Below are positions 39,716 through 48,795 of a stretch of 64,000 bases of DNA, piece by piece. Source of the stretch: Candidatus Bathyarchaeota archaeon (GTDB taxonomy: Archaea > Thermoproteota > Bathyarchaeia > Bathyarchaeales > DTEX01); assembly GCA_018396995.1 (NCBI GenBank), contig JAGTQB010000002.1, positions 1,503-65,502 on the forward strand, read 5' to 3'. The notes under the pieces are model-generated. The model was not told the DNA's origin. It worked only from the letters and a program-made list of their open reading frames with translations, and did not search any database. How positions within the stretch are numbered: the first letter of the stretch is position 1; the number at the start of each line of letters is the position of its first letter. Position numbers and translations under genes: made by a program.

Positions 39716-40261
39716 TTGGCTGAGGAGAGCATATCCATCTCTTCCAAAATAGATCCGAAGTTTAGGTATGAAGTTATTAGGATGCCTGGTGGAGAAAAGC
39801 TTCTGCAATGCTTTCAGTGTGGGACATGTACATCTGATTGCCCAGTTGCAAGGTTTAGTGATAAATATAGGCCGAGAAAGATTATTAGGATGGCTCAGCT
39901 CGGCCTGAGGGAGAAGGTTTTAAGCAGTGACTTCCTATGGCTATGTGCCTCATGCTTCACGTGTACTGATAGATGCCCACAAGGGGTTGAGGTTGCAAGT
40001 GTAATAAGGGTTCTAAAGAACATGGCTGCTGCCGAGGGGCGGATACCAGAAGTATTTAAGGTTCTTCTAAGCAATCTAATTAAAACTGGCTACATATATG
40101 AGATTCCAGAGTCGAGGATTAAGAAGCGCGAGTCTCTAGGTCTACCACCCCTACCAAAGGTTAACATTGAAGGCTTAAATAAATCGCTGCAGGGCATGAG
40201 TATTGAGAGTTTCCTTAAAGGGGTTTCTGAGAAAGGTAGGGAGGCTAAGTTGTGGGTATGA
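39716..40261 (+). CDS. hdrC: Heterodisulfide reductase subunit C
   Basis: CFQCGTCTSDCP, PRKIIRM..LG, WLCASCFTCTDRCPQGV. Confidence 0.95.
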   Translation: MAEESISISSKIDPKFRYEVIRMPGGEKLLQCFQCGTCTSDCPVARFSDKYRPRKIIRMAQLGLREKVLSSDFLWLCASCFTCTDRCPQGVEVASVIRVLKNMAAAEGRIPEVFKVLLSNLIKTGYIYEIPESRIKKRESLGLPPLPKVNIEGLNKSLQGMSIESFLKGVSEKGREAKLWV

Positions 40262-41130
40262 GCCAGAAATACCTGTTTTATTTGGGGTGCGCCATACCTT
40301 ACAGGGTCTCGTCATATGAGGTTTCTGCTAGAAAAGTTTTGGAGAAGTTAGGTGTGGAGTTAGTCGAGATGCCGGAGTTTAATTGCTGTGGTCTCCCACT
40401 TGAACCATTAAGCCATGAGCTAATGTTAATCTTATCTGCGAGGAACCTTGCTGTAGCGGAGCAAACGGGATTAAACATTTTAACTCTCTGTCCAGGATGC
40501 TTCAGTACGCTAAGGAAGACTGGTAAGACGCTTAAGGAGAATAAAGCTCTTAAAGAAGAGATTAATAGGCATCTAAAGGAATCCGGCTTAGAATTTAAGG
40601 GAGGCATTGAGGTTAAGCATATCTCCCAAGTCTTAGTTGAAGACATTGGTCTCGATAAAATTAAAAAGGCAATTGTTAAGCCATTGAGAAATCTTAAGCT
40701 CGCAGGACATAGCGGATGCCACCTCTCAAGACCGAAGAAGTATATTGGGTTTGAGGATCCCGAGAACCCAAGAGTTCTGAAGATGCTTATTAGCGTAACT
40801 GGAGCGAAGCCAGTAGAGTATTTAGGCGAGACGGAGTGTTGCGGCTCAACGATAGCCGCCCTAGATGACAAGGTTTCGCTGTCATTAGTTAGAGAGAAGC
40901 TCCTCCATGTCAAGGAAGCTGGCGCCGATGCGCTGATAACAATTTGCCCAGCTTGTCACATGATGTATGAGGCTAATCAGATACGAGCTGAGAAAATGTT
41001 TGGTGAGAAATACGGTATTCCGGTGCTGCATTATACGCAGCTCCTCGGCCTGGCAATGGGTATGCAACCGGGGGAGCTAGGATTCGATGAGCTACGGGTT
41101 AAGCCCACAAAAATCCTAGAGAAGATTTAA
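40252..41130 (+). CDS. hdrB: Heterodisulfide reductase subunit B (copy 2)
   Basis: LGC..NCCG..LCPGC and HSGCHLSRP..ECCG..ICPAC, PVLHYTQLLGLAMG. Confidence 0.93.
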   Translation: MGMSQKYLFYLGCAIPYRVSSYEVSARKVLEKLGVELVEMPEFNCCGLPLEPLSHELMLILSARNLAVAEQTGLNILTLCPGCFSTLRKTGKTLKENKALKEEINRHLKESGLEFKGGIEVKHISQVLVEDIGLDKIKKAIVKPLRNLKLAGHSGCHLSRPKKYIGFEDPENPRVLKMLISVTGAKPVEYLGETECCGSTIAALDDKVSLSLVREKLLHVKEAGADALITICPACHMMYEANQIRAEKMFGEKYGIPVLHYTQLLGLAMGMQPGELGFDELRVKPTKILEKI

Positions 41131-41195
41131 GCGTCTAAAAAATAACATCTTCACTAACATTATTTTTATGAAGCATAATTATAGAGAATTGTGTT

Positions 41196-43478
41196 ATGCG
41201 TTTAAAGATAATTGTTTCTGGCATTGTTCAGGGGGTTGGTTTCCGCCCCTTCATATATAGAACTGCTGTTAAGAACCGCTTGAAGGGTTATGTTAGGAAT
41301 AGAGGGGACTCGTGTGTAGAAATAGTTGTTGATGGCGGGGACGAAGATATAAAAAGATTTCTAAGAGATCTTATTGAGAAGAAACCTCCGTTAGCCAGGA
41401 TTTATGAGGTTATAACTACGCCCATTGAATCCACTGGGGAAAATTACGAGGACTTTAAAATATATAGGAGTTCTGATGAAGCGGAGTTATCTGGCTCGGT
41501 TATACCCCCAGACATAGCTATATGCGACGAGTGTCTTATGGAGATGCGTGATCCATCAAACCCAAGATACGATTACTTCTTCATAACATGCGTAAACTGT
41601 GGGCCTAGATATACGATCATAGAAGATGTCCCATATGATAGGGAGAACACCACGATGCGGGACTTCCAAATGTGCGGCTTCTGTAAGTCGGAGTACATGG
41701 ATCCCATAAACAGGAGGTTCCACGCGCAAACCGTCGCATGTCCGAGGTGTGGCCCAAGGGCATATTTACTGGATGCTAATGGTGGCATTGTTGAGTGTAG
41801 GGATCCAATTAGGGAAGCTGGTAGGCTCATTTCTGAGGGGTGTATTATTGCGGTTAAAGGTTATGGAGGCTTCCATATAGCTGCCTCAACCCTTCTCGAT
41901 GAGCCGCTTAAGAGATTAAGGGCTGCAAAGCATAGGAGGCAGAAACCATTCGCTATAATGGCTAGGAGCTTAGAGGCTGTGAAGAGCTTTGCTAAGGTAA
42001 GCTCCTGGGAGGAGAAGGTATTAACATCCTATGAGCGCCCAATAGTTTTGTTAGAGAAAGGCGAAAACTACTATTTATCTGAGCTTATTTCTCCGGGCCT
42101 ACATAATGTTGGTGTAATGTTACCCTATACTGGATTACATTACATGCTGTTTGACTGGGTTAAAGATCCGGCTTTTGTCATGACCAGCGCCAACCCGCCA
42201 AACCAGCCGATAATTAAAGATGATGATGAAGCCCTAAGGAAGTTACGCGGCCTAGTAGACTATTTTCTAATGCATAATAGGCGTATAGCCCATAGGTGTG
42301 ACGACTCGGTTTTACGCTTGCATGGATATAAGCCAGTCTTTATAAGGAGGTCGAGGGGTTATGCACCGGAGCCGATTAGGCTGAGACTTAAGGCTAGGAG
42401 CTCCGCACTCGGGCTTGGGGGCGAAAAGAATAATACTGCGTGTCTCGTGGTTGGCGATAAAGCCTTCCTCTCGCAGCATATAGGTGACGTTGAGAACCTT
42501 GAGACTCTAGTGTTCCTTGAGTCCGCATCCAAGAGACTTATGCGCTTAACGAATAGTAATGTTGATGTGGTTGCATGCGACCTACACCCAAAGTTCGCCA
42601 CCACAATGCTGGCTAGTAGACTCTCTGAGGAGTATGGCTGCAGGGTTCTTCAGGTTCAGCATCACTACGCCCATACAGCCGCCTTGTTAGCTGAACATGG
42701 GCTAAATGAGATTATAGCCATATGCTGTGATGGCTATGGATACGGTTTGGATGGAGGTGCGTGGGGCGGAGAAATAATATTCGGCTCGCTCAATCCGCTG
42801 GAGTTTAAGCGACTGGGCCATCTAGAGGAGCAGCCACTGCTTGGAGGGGATATGGCAACAAGATACCCTATTAGGGTTGCAGCTGGCATACTATATAAGC
42901 GCGTGGATATAGAAGAATGGCTTATGGAGAACAGTATTAATTTGCCCCATGGGCTTAGAGAGGCGCAGCTCATACTCTCAAAGCTTAAGAGGGGTGACGT
43001 TAGAATTAAGACAACCAGCTGTGGTAGAGTTCTGGATGCAGCCTCGGCAATTCTGGGAGTATGTTATGAAAGAACATATGAGGGTGAGCCTGCAATGAAG
43101 CTCGAGTCGGCGGCAATAAACGGTAGAAATGTTATTGAGCTTGAACCGCAAATCAGGGGGACAACATTAGAGACAACTAACATAATAGTCTCGCTATTCG
43201 AGGGAAGAAAGGTTTACTCTAGGAGGGATTTAGCCTACTCTATTCACTATTATTTGGCTAGGGGATTGGCTAAGCTGGCCGTTGATCTAGCGATAGAGTA
43301 TGGTGTTAAGAGCATCGGCTTTACTGGGGGCGTCGCATGCAATCAAATAATTACTGACATTATGCGCAGTTTCATTGAGGAGAGCGGACTAAATTTTTTC
43401 GTTCACGAAGCCGTGCCACCCGGCGATGGTGGTTTATCATTTGGCCAAGCAATCGCGGCTGCTTTCTCTCAAGATTAA
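41196..43478 (+). CDS. hypF: Hydrogenase maturation carbamoyltransferase
   Basis: GIVQGVGFRPF acylphosphatase domain, Zn fingers, RRFHAQ..ACP.CGP, DLHP, QHHYAH, PPGDGGLSFGQ. Confidence 0.97.
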   Translation: MRLKIIVSGIVQGVGFRPFIYRTAVKNRLKGYVRNRGDSCVEIVVDGGDEDIKRFLRDLIEKKPPLARIYEVITTPIESTGENYEDFKIYRSSDEAELSGSVIPPDIAICDECLMEMRDPSNPRYDYFFITCVNCGPRYTIIEDVPYDRENTTMRDFQMCGFCKSEYMDPINRRFHAQTVACPRCGPRAYLLDANGGIVECRDPIREAGRLISEGCIIAVKGYGGFHIAASTLLDEPLKRLRAAKHRRQKPFAIMARSLEAVKSFAKVSSWEEKVLTSYERPIVLLEKGENYYLSELISPGLHNVGVMLPYTGLHYMLFDWVKDPAFVMTSANPPNQPIIKDDDEALRKLRGLVDYFLMHNRRIAHRCDDSVLRLHGYKPVFIRRSRGYAPEPIRLRLKARSSALGLGGEKNNTACLVVGDKAFLSQHIGDVENLETLVFLESASKRLMRLTNSNVDVVACDLHPKFATTMLASRLSEEYGCRVLQVQHHYAHTAALLAEHGLNEIIAICCDGYGYGLDGGAWGGEIIFGSLNPLEFKRLGHLEEQPLLGGDMATRYPIRVAAGILYKRVDIEEWLMENSINLPHGLREAQLILSKLKRGDVRIKTTSCGRVLDAASAILGVCYERTYEGEPAMKLESAAINGRNVIELEPQIRGTTLETTNIIVSLFEGRKVYSRRDLAYSIHYYLARGLAKLAVDLAIEYGVKSIGFTGGVACNQIITDIMRSFIEESGLNFFVHEAVPPGDGGLSFGQAIAAAFSQD

Positions 43479-43489
43479 ATTACTTTTCC

Positions 43490-44452
43490 CTATAAGCCTA
43501 GAATTTCCTCCTTAATGGCCCTATGGGTCTCCGAGATGGGTGCAACTGTATTCACGACATATATGTCCAGGAGATTGAAGAGGTTCATGAAGAACCTCCT
43601 TCTCAAATTCGTTTTCCGTTCATCTCTAACTAATAGATGTGGATTGCAAAAGTCGGAGTTCTCAACACATTTAAGGGCTTCGCTTGGTGATAGCCTGCTA
43701 AAGATTGTCTTATCCTCAGGATCACGCTTCAAAATTATGGCCTTTTTAAGGGTCGTCATCGGAATAATCTTTCCCCTCCCAACGATCCACCTAACATTTA
43801 CTATGGCTCTACCCATAGAATCAAACTCGGCTTTATCAACCAGCCTCTTATACTCTCCCCAAATCTCTGCTACATCTGCCTGGATATAAAAGTTCTTTTC
43901 TGACGCAAATGCAAGAGCTTCTCCCCCCATTAAGCGCACAAAGAACCAGTCGTCTGAGACAGCGCGCACCCCTTTAAGTCTTAAAAGCCCATAGGTATGC
44001 GTTGTTTTCCCCGTACCTGGTGGCGCCATTAGGCAGACCCCCTGCCCATCTATATCTATACATGCACCATGAACGGAGTTTATTCCATGCTCATCCTCCA
44101 GTATATCGCTCGCAACGCTAAGGGCTATCGATTTGACCCAACCATAGTAGTCCACGTTTATTAAGAAGGCTGTTTTAGAAAGCGGATCGTATAGAACCTG
44201 CATCCTCCCATCCGTCTCACTTGTAACTACTAGTCTACCATGGGAGCGAATGCTCGCTGACATGGGATAAAAGCTTTCCTCCCATCTCTCCTTCACATGC
44301 CTTTCATCAGTGAGGAGCTTAATACAGCAACCATAAATGTCAGCCTTAACTTCATAGAGAAACCGGCCACTATACTTCTCCATTAATTTATCCTTCTCCT
44401 CAATCGAAATTAATTTAACCTCATACTTCACAAGAATCCCCAAAATACACAT
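43490..44452 (-). CDS. HPr kinase/PEP carboxykinase-like P-loop protein of unknown function
   Basis: VHGACIDI.G.G..L.APPGTGKTT followed by VSDDW. Confidence 0.7.
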   Translation of the reverse strand: MCILGILVKYEVKLISIEEKDKLMEKYSGRFLYEVKADIYGCCIKLLTDERHVKERWEESFYPMSASIRSHGRLVVTSETDGRMQVLYDPLSKTAFLINVDYYGWVKSIALSVASDILEDEHGINSVHGACIDIDGQGVCLMAPPGTGKTTHTYGLLRLKGVRAVSDDWFFVRLMGGEALAFASEKNFYIQADVAEIWGEYKRLVDKAEFDSMGRAIVNVRWIVGRGKIIPMTTLKKAIILKRDPEDKTIFSRLSPSEALKCVENSDFCNPHLLVRDERKTNLRRRFFMNLFNLLDIYVVNTVAPISETHRAIKEEILGL

Positions 44453-44563
44453 AAAATGCGGAAAATTAAAATGCTATGGCTGCGTGCACATAGGTTTATG
44501 ATAAAGAAGATGTGCTGGAAAGGTATTTATTCTCCGCGTCCCATATTCTGAAGAGATTGGAAG

Positions 44564-44797
44564 ATGTGCTTGGCTGTTCCAGCCAAGGTTATCGAGATAA
44601 ATGGTGATTTGGCTAAAGTTGATTTTGGCGGCGGGGTAATTAGGGAGGCAAACATATCGCTTGTAGATGCCAAAGTTGGCGATTATGTCCTCATCCACGC
44701 AGGCTATGCAATACAAGTCTTAGACGAGGAAGAGGCTAAAGAGACCCTGAGACTATGGATGGAGATTCTAAAAGCTGAGGAAGGGATGAGAGAATAA
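44564..44797 (+). CDS. hypC: Hydrogenase assembly chaperone
   Basis: MCLAVPAKV, GDYVLIHAGYAI. Confidence 0.97.
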   Translation: MCLAVPAKVIEINGDLAKVDFGGGVIREANISLVDAKVGDYVLIHAGYAIQVLDEEEAKETLRLWMEILKAEEGMRE

Positions 44798-45894
44798 TGC
44801 TCCTTAAAGATTTTAGGGATCCATGGCTCGCTAAAAGGATAGTTGAAAAGATACATGAGATTTCTCCTAAAAAAGACGTGGTAAAAATTTGTCATGTATG
44901 TGGGACTCATGAATGGACGATATCACATTACGGCATAAGAAGTCTATTGCCAAGTAACGTTGATGTTATTGCTGGCCCAGGCTGCCCGGTATGCATTGTC
45001 CCAGCTTCAGAAGTGGATGAGGCCATTGAGCTAGCGTTAAAGGGGGCAACTCTCATATGTTTTGGTGATGCAGCTAGGGTTCCGGGCTCACAGCTGTCTC
45101 TTATAGAGGCTAAAGCCAAGGGTGCTGATATCCAAATAGTTTATAGTGTTATGGATGCCGTGAAGGTGGCTGAGAAGGAGCCGAATAGAGAATTCGTCTT
45201 CTTTGCAATAGGCTTTGAGACGACGGCCCCCTTAACCGCTTATGAAGTGCTCAAAAAGCCTCCTAGAAACCTTAGTTTCCTAATATCTCATAGGCTTATT
45301 CCACCAGCCATGGAGCTCATGCTAGGTATAGGTGACTTGCAAATAGATGCCTTTATAGCCCCGGGTCACGTCAGCACAATTATAGGGTTAGAGCCATACG
45401 AGGTATTCCCGAAGGTTTATCGGATGCCGACAATCGTAGCTGGTTTCGAGCCGATAGATGTCCTCCTTGCAATATACATGGCCTTAAAACAGATTAAGAA
45501 CCGCATAGCAATTCTAGAAAACGAGTATAAGCGGGCGGTAAAATGGGATGGCAATGTTAAGGCAAAGGAGCTTATAAAAAAGGCCTTTAAAGTCGTTAGC
45601 GGAAATTGGCGTGGTCTAGGCAGAATACCAGACTCAACATTGGCACTTAGGGAGGAATATTTGGAGTATGACGCCCATGAAAAGCATGGTGTTAGAATTG
45701 AGAGGGGGATGGATATCCCCCCGGGGTGCCAATGCCACCTGGTTATAATAGGGAAGATAAAGCCAATAGAGTGCCCACTATTTATGAAGGCATGTACCCC
45801 CCAGAAACCAGTAGGGTCGTGCATGGTTGGAATAGAGGGAACATGTAGAATATGGGCTTCAGCCCGGCAAGAATTGAAGCCAAAGTTTATCTAA
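44797..45894 (+). CDS. hypD: Hydrogenase formation protein
   Basis: HVCGTHE, GPGCPVC, GFETTAP, PGHVSTIIG, C-terminal Cys cluster with CMV..EGTC. Confidence 0.97.
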   Translation: MLLKDFRDPWLAKRIVEKIHEISPKKDVVKICHVCGTHEWTISHYGIRSLLPSNVDVIAGPGCPVCIVPASEVDEAIELALKGATLICFGDAARVPGSQLSLIEAKAKGADIQIVYSVMDAVKVAEKEPNREFVFFAIGFETTAPLTAYEVLKKPPRNLSFLISHRLIPPAMELMLGIGDLQIDAFIAPGHVSTIIGLEPYEVFPKVYRMPTIVAGFEPIDVLLAIYMALKQIKNRIAILENEYKRAVKWDGNVKAKELIKKAFKVVSGNWRGLGRIPDSTLALREEYLEYDAHEKHGVRIERGMDIPPGCQCHLVIIGKIKPIECPLFMKACTPQKPVGSCMVGIEGTCRIWASARQELKPKFI

Positions 45895-45947
45895 AGGTAT
45901 ATTATTAAGGTTTAAATAAACCCCTTACAGTTGCATCAAAATTTCTG

Positions 45948-46472
45948 GTGATCCCTTTGGAGCTTGAGATTATTAATGCCAAGATGAACCCCCTAAGTGA
46001 TGAAGATATTAGAGATATTGTTGAGATAGAGTGCCATCCATTGGTTAGGAAATGGCTTGTAGAGTACACGATTAAGGGATTTGAGGAGGAGCTTAGGGAG
46101 TACAAGGATTTCTTTAGTAAGCTACGCGGCAATGATAGGGTTGAGGTTTTGGTTGCAAAGATGAATAACCGGGTCGTTGGTTTCTTAGCCCTCTGGTGTG
46201 TTGATAATTGCGATGAGCAGGCAATGAGTATAGGGATAAGCGTTCACCCGGATTACTGGGGTAAAAATATAGCATCGACCCTCGTTAGGGAATCGATAAA
46301 GCTGGCTAAAAATAGGGGTGTGAAAAAGCTTATTATAGAGACTTTGGAGGAAAATGGTGCCATGAGACGAGTAGCGGAAAAACTTGGTTTCAAGCTTGAA
46401 ACAGTTAGGAGGGGGATAATTTTTAAAGATGGTGTATGCCATAATGAGGTTGCTTATACGCTGAGGATATGA
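45948..46472 (+). CDS. GNAT family N-acetyltransferase
   Basis: VVGF, IGISVHPDYWGKNIASTL (motif A), N.AM..V.EKLGF (motif B). Confidence 0.9.
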   Translation: MIPLELEIINAKMNPLSDEDIRDIVEIECHPLVRKWLVEYTIKGFEEELREYKDFFSKLRGNDRVEVLVAKMNNRVVGFLALWCVDNCDEQAMSIGISVHPDYWGKNIASTLVRESIKLAKNRGVKKLIIETLEENGAMRRVAEKLGFKLETVRRGIIFKDGVCHNEVAYTLRI

Positions 46473-46537
46473 ACCACGGTAACTCTAAAAATGTTAATAG
46501 AAAACTTTAATAGTTAGTGTATTTGGCATACATACTT

Positions 46538-46563
46538 ACTGTAGCACCATTTGGTGCTACAGT
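46538..46563. promoter_or_regulatory. Perfect 12-bp inverted repeat upstream of the kamA-like gene
   Basis: ACTGTAGCACCA-TT-TGGTGCTACAGT, downstream of a BRE/TATA-like AAAACTTTAATA (46501-46512) and 18 bp before the ATG. Confidence 0.6.
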
Positions 46564-46581
46564 GGGCGCGCGAAATAAAAT

Positions 46582-47697
46582 ATGGGGGAAGATTGGAAAA
46601 GTATTCTCCGGAAAAGCATTACTAGACCGGAGCAGATTCTTGAAAGGTTTAAGGTTGACATTAAGCCCATAAAAGCTGTTGCCGAAGTTTACCCAATGTT
46701 TGTATCAAAGTACTATTTCGATCTTATAGAAGAGGTTGATGACCCGATATGGAAGCAATGCATACCAAACCCACTTGAACTCCAGGATCCATATGGATAC
46801 GAGGATCCGCTTAATGAGGAAGGGGATAGCCCGGTGCCCGGTTTAGTGCATAGGTATCCTGATAGAGTTTTGATGTGTGTTTCAAATAGCTGCGCAACAT
46901 ATTGTAGATTCTGCACTAGGAAGAGGAAGGTTGGTAAGCCCTCCATTAAATTCTCGGACGACATTTATCTAGCGCAAATCAAATATATTCGTGAGAATCC
47001 AGGAATCAGAGACGTTCTTCTCTCAGGCGGAGACCCCTTTATGCTGCCGGATGAGAAAATAGAGTTCCTTTTAAAGAAACTTAGGGCTATTCCACACGTT
47101 GAGATACTGAGGATAGGGACTAGAGTTCCATGCACGCTGCCCCAGAGAATAACTCCAAAACTATGTAGAATCCTTAAAAAGTATCACCCATTGTACGTGA
47201 ATGTCCACTTTGAGCACCCACGTGAGATAACTGAAGAGAGCGAGCGCGCATGTGGATTATTAGCCGACGCTGGGATACCACTTGGAAACCAGTCCGTCCT
47301 ATTAAGGGGCGTTAACGATGACCCAGAGATCATGAAGAACCTAGTCCATAAGCTCCTTAAGATACGCGTTAGGCCATATTATTTATTCCAAATGGATCTC
47401 GTGAAGGGAACGTATCATTTTAGGACTAGGGTTGAGGTTGGACTTAAAATAATTGAAAGTCTCATTGGATGGACTTCTGGGCTAGCCGTGCCGAGGTTCG
47501 TTATAGATGCGCCGGGCGGTGGGGGAAAGATTCCAATCCAGCCAAACTATATTGTCTCAATAGATGATGAAAAAATTGTTCTAAGAAACTATGAGGGGAA
47601 GTTATTCGTTTATCCGCAGATACCTCCAGAGGGGCGAGACTACAAAGTTTATATGCAATACTTAACTCCTTTGAATTCCCCAGGTAAAGTGGCTTAG
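46582..47697 (+). CDS. KamA family radical SAM/PLP aminomutase (lysine 2,3-aminomutase-like)
   Basis: DPL.E, LVHRYPDRVL, CATYCRFCTRKR, LSGGDP, RIGTR.P..LPQRIT, NQSVLL.GVND, PYYLFQMD, VIDAPGGGGKIP (PLP lysine). Confidence 0.93.
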   Translation: MGEDWKSILRKSITRPEQILERFKVDIKPIKAVAEVYPMFVSKYYFDLIEEVDDPIWKQCIPNPLELQDPYGYEDPLNEEGDSPVPGLVHRYPDRVLMCVSNSCATYCRFCTRKRKVGKPSIKFSDDIYLAQIKYIRENPGIRDVLLSGGDPFMLPDEKIEFLLKKLRAIPHVEILRIGTRVPCTLPQRITPKLCRILKKYHPLYVNVHFEHPREITEESERACGLLADAGIPLGNQSVLLRGVNDDPEIMKNLVHKLLKIRVRPYYLFQMDLVKGTYHFRTRVEVGLKIIESLIGWTSGLAVPRFVIDAPGGGGKIPIQPNYIVSIDDEKIVLRNYEGKLFVYPQIPPEGRDYKVYMQYLTPLNSPGKVA

Positions 47698-47720
47698 GAG
47701 CACTGGGGTGCTTTTTTCTA

Positions 47721-48776
47721 ATGCCCCTCAGAGTTGGCTTAACATATAACCTTAGGAGAAAAGTTAAGCCTGGTGATAATTTACCAGAAGACTTCTATGT
47801 AGAGTTTGATGAGGAGAGCACTGTTAACGCTATTGCTTCGGCTTTGAGGAAGGGTGGATGTAGAGTAATAAAGATTGAGGCTGACGAAAACGCCTACATG
47901 AGATTACGTAGATGCAAGCCAGACATAGTGTTTAATATTGCTGAGGGGCTTCTTGGCGAAAGTAGGGAGTCGCATATACCAGTTATACTTGAGATGCTTG
48001 GCATACCATATACTGGCTCAGGCCCGGCAACCTTAGCTATATGCCTAAATAAAGCTATGACGCATAAGGTTTTAAGCGCATATGATATCCCATCACCGAA
48101 CTTTCAGGTTTTTAGACGAGCCGACGAGAACCTTGATAGTAGTCTCAATTTCCCGCTAGTTGTTAAACCATTACTTGAAGGTTCAAGTAAAGGGATTAGA
48201 AGCAGTTCTCTTGTGAGAGATGAGGAAAGTCTTAGGAGGCAGGTCTCATGGATTATAGAAAACTATCATCAGCCAGCCATAGTTGAAGAATTTATGCCGG
48301 GTAGAGAATTCACCGTTGGATTAATAGGTAATGATGAGCCATATGTCCTACCAATAGTTGAGATACAGCTTGACAAGCTACCAAAAGGTGTAAGCCCAAT
48401 ATACTCCTATGAGGCTAAGTGGGTTTGGGACACTCTTGAGAAACCCCTGGATATATTTAGGTGCCCAGCAGACATTCCACCTGAGCTTAATGAAGAGATA
48501 AGGGAAATAGCCATTAAAACCTTCGAGATTTTGGAGTGCAGAGATATATGCCGCATAGACATAAGGTTAGATGGGGATGGGGTTCCGAGGGTCTTAGAAG
48601 TCAATCCATTACCGGGACTAATACCAGACCCCGATGCCCACTCATGCCTACCAGAAGCAGCTAGGGCCGCTGGCTTCACATATGAAGAGCTTATCTGCAC
48701 AATCCTTTGGCAGGCCTTAAAGAGGTATGGGATCCATCACCTCTTCGTGAAGAGACATTTGGTGAAGCTTCCATAA
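47721..48776 (+). CDS. D-Ala-D-Ala ligase-like ATP-grasp enzyme (copy 1)
   Basis: VFNIAEG, LEMLGIPYTGS, VVKP..EGSSKGI, EEFMPGREFTV, RIDIR, LEVNPLPG. Confidence 0.9.
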   Translation: MPLRVGLTYNLRRKVKPGDNLPEDFYVEFDEESTVNAIASALRKGGCRVIKIEADENAYMRLRRCKPDIVFNIAEGLLGESRESHIPVILEMLGIPYTGSGPATLAICLNKAMTHKVLSAYDIPSPNFQVFRRADENLDSSLNFPLVVKPLLEGSSKGIRSSSLVRDEESLRRQVSWIIENYHQPAIVEEFMPGREFTVGLIGNDEPYVLPIVEIQLDKLPKGVSPIYSYEAKWVWDTLEKPLDIFRCPADIPPELNEEIREIAIKTFEILECRDICRIDIRLDGDGVPRVLEVNPLPGLIPDPDAHSCLPEAARAAGFTYEELICTILWQALKRYGIHHLFVKRHLVKLP

Positions 48777-48795
48777 GAGATCATCTTCCATGCAG

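Noticed and set aside
40299-40913. 204-aa antisense ORF within hdrB copy 2, and similar antisense ORFs throughout
   Set aside because: They are Ser/Leu-rich mirror frames of well-supported genes with no motifs of their own.
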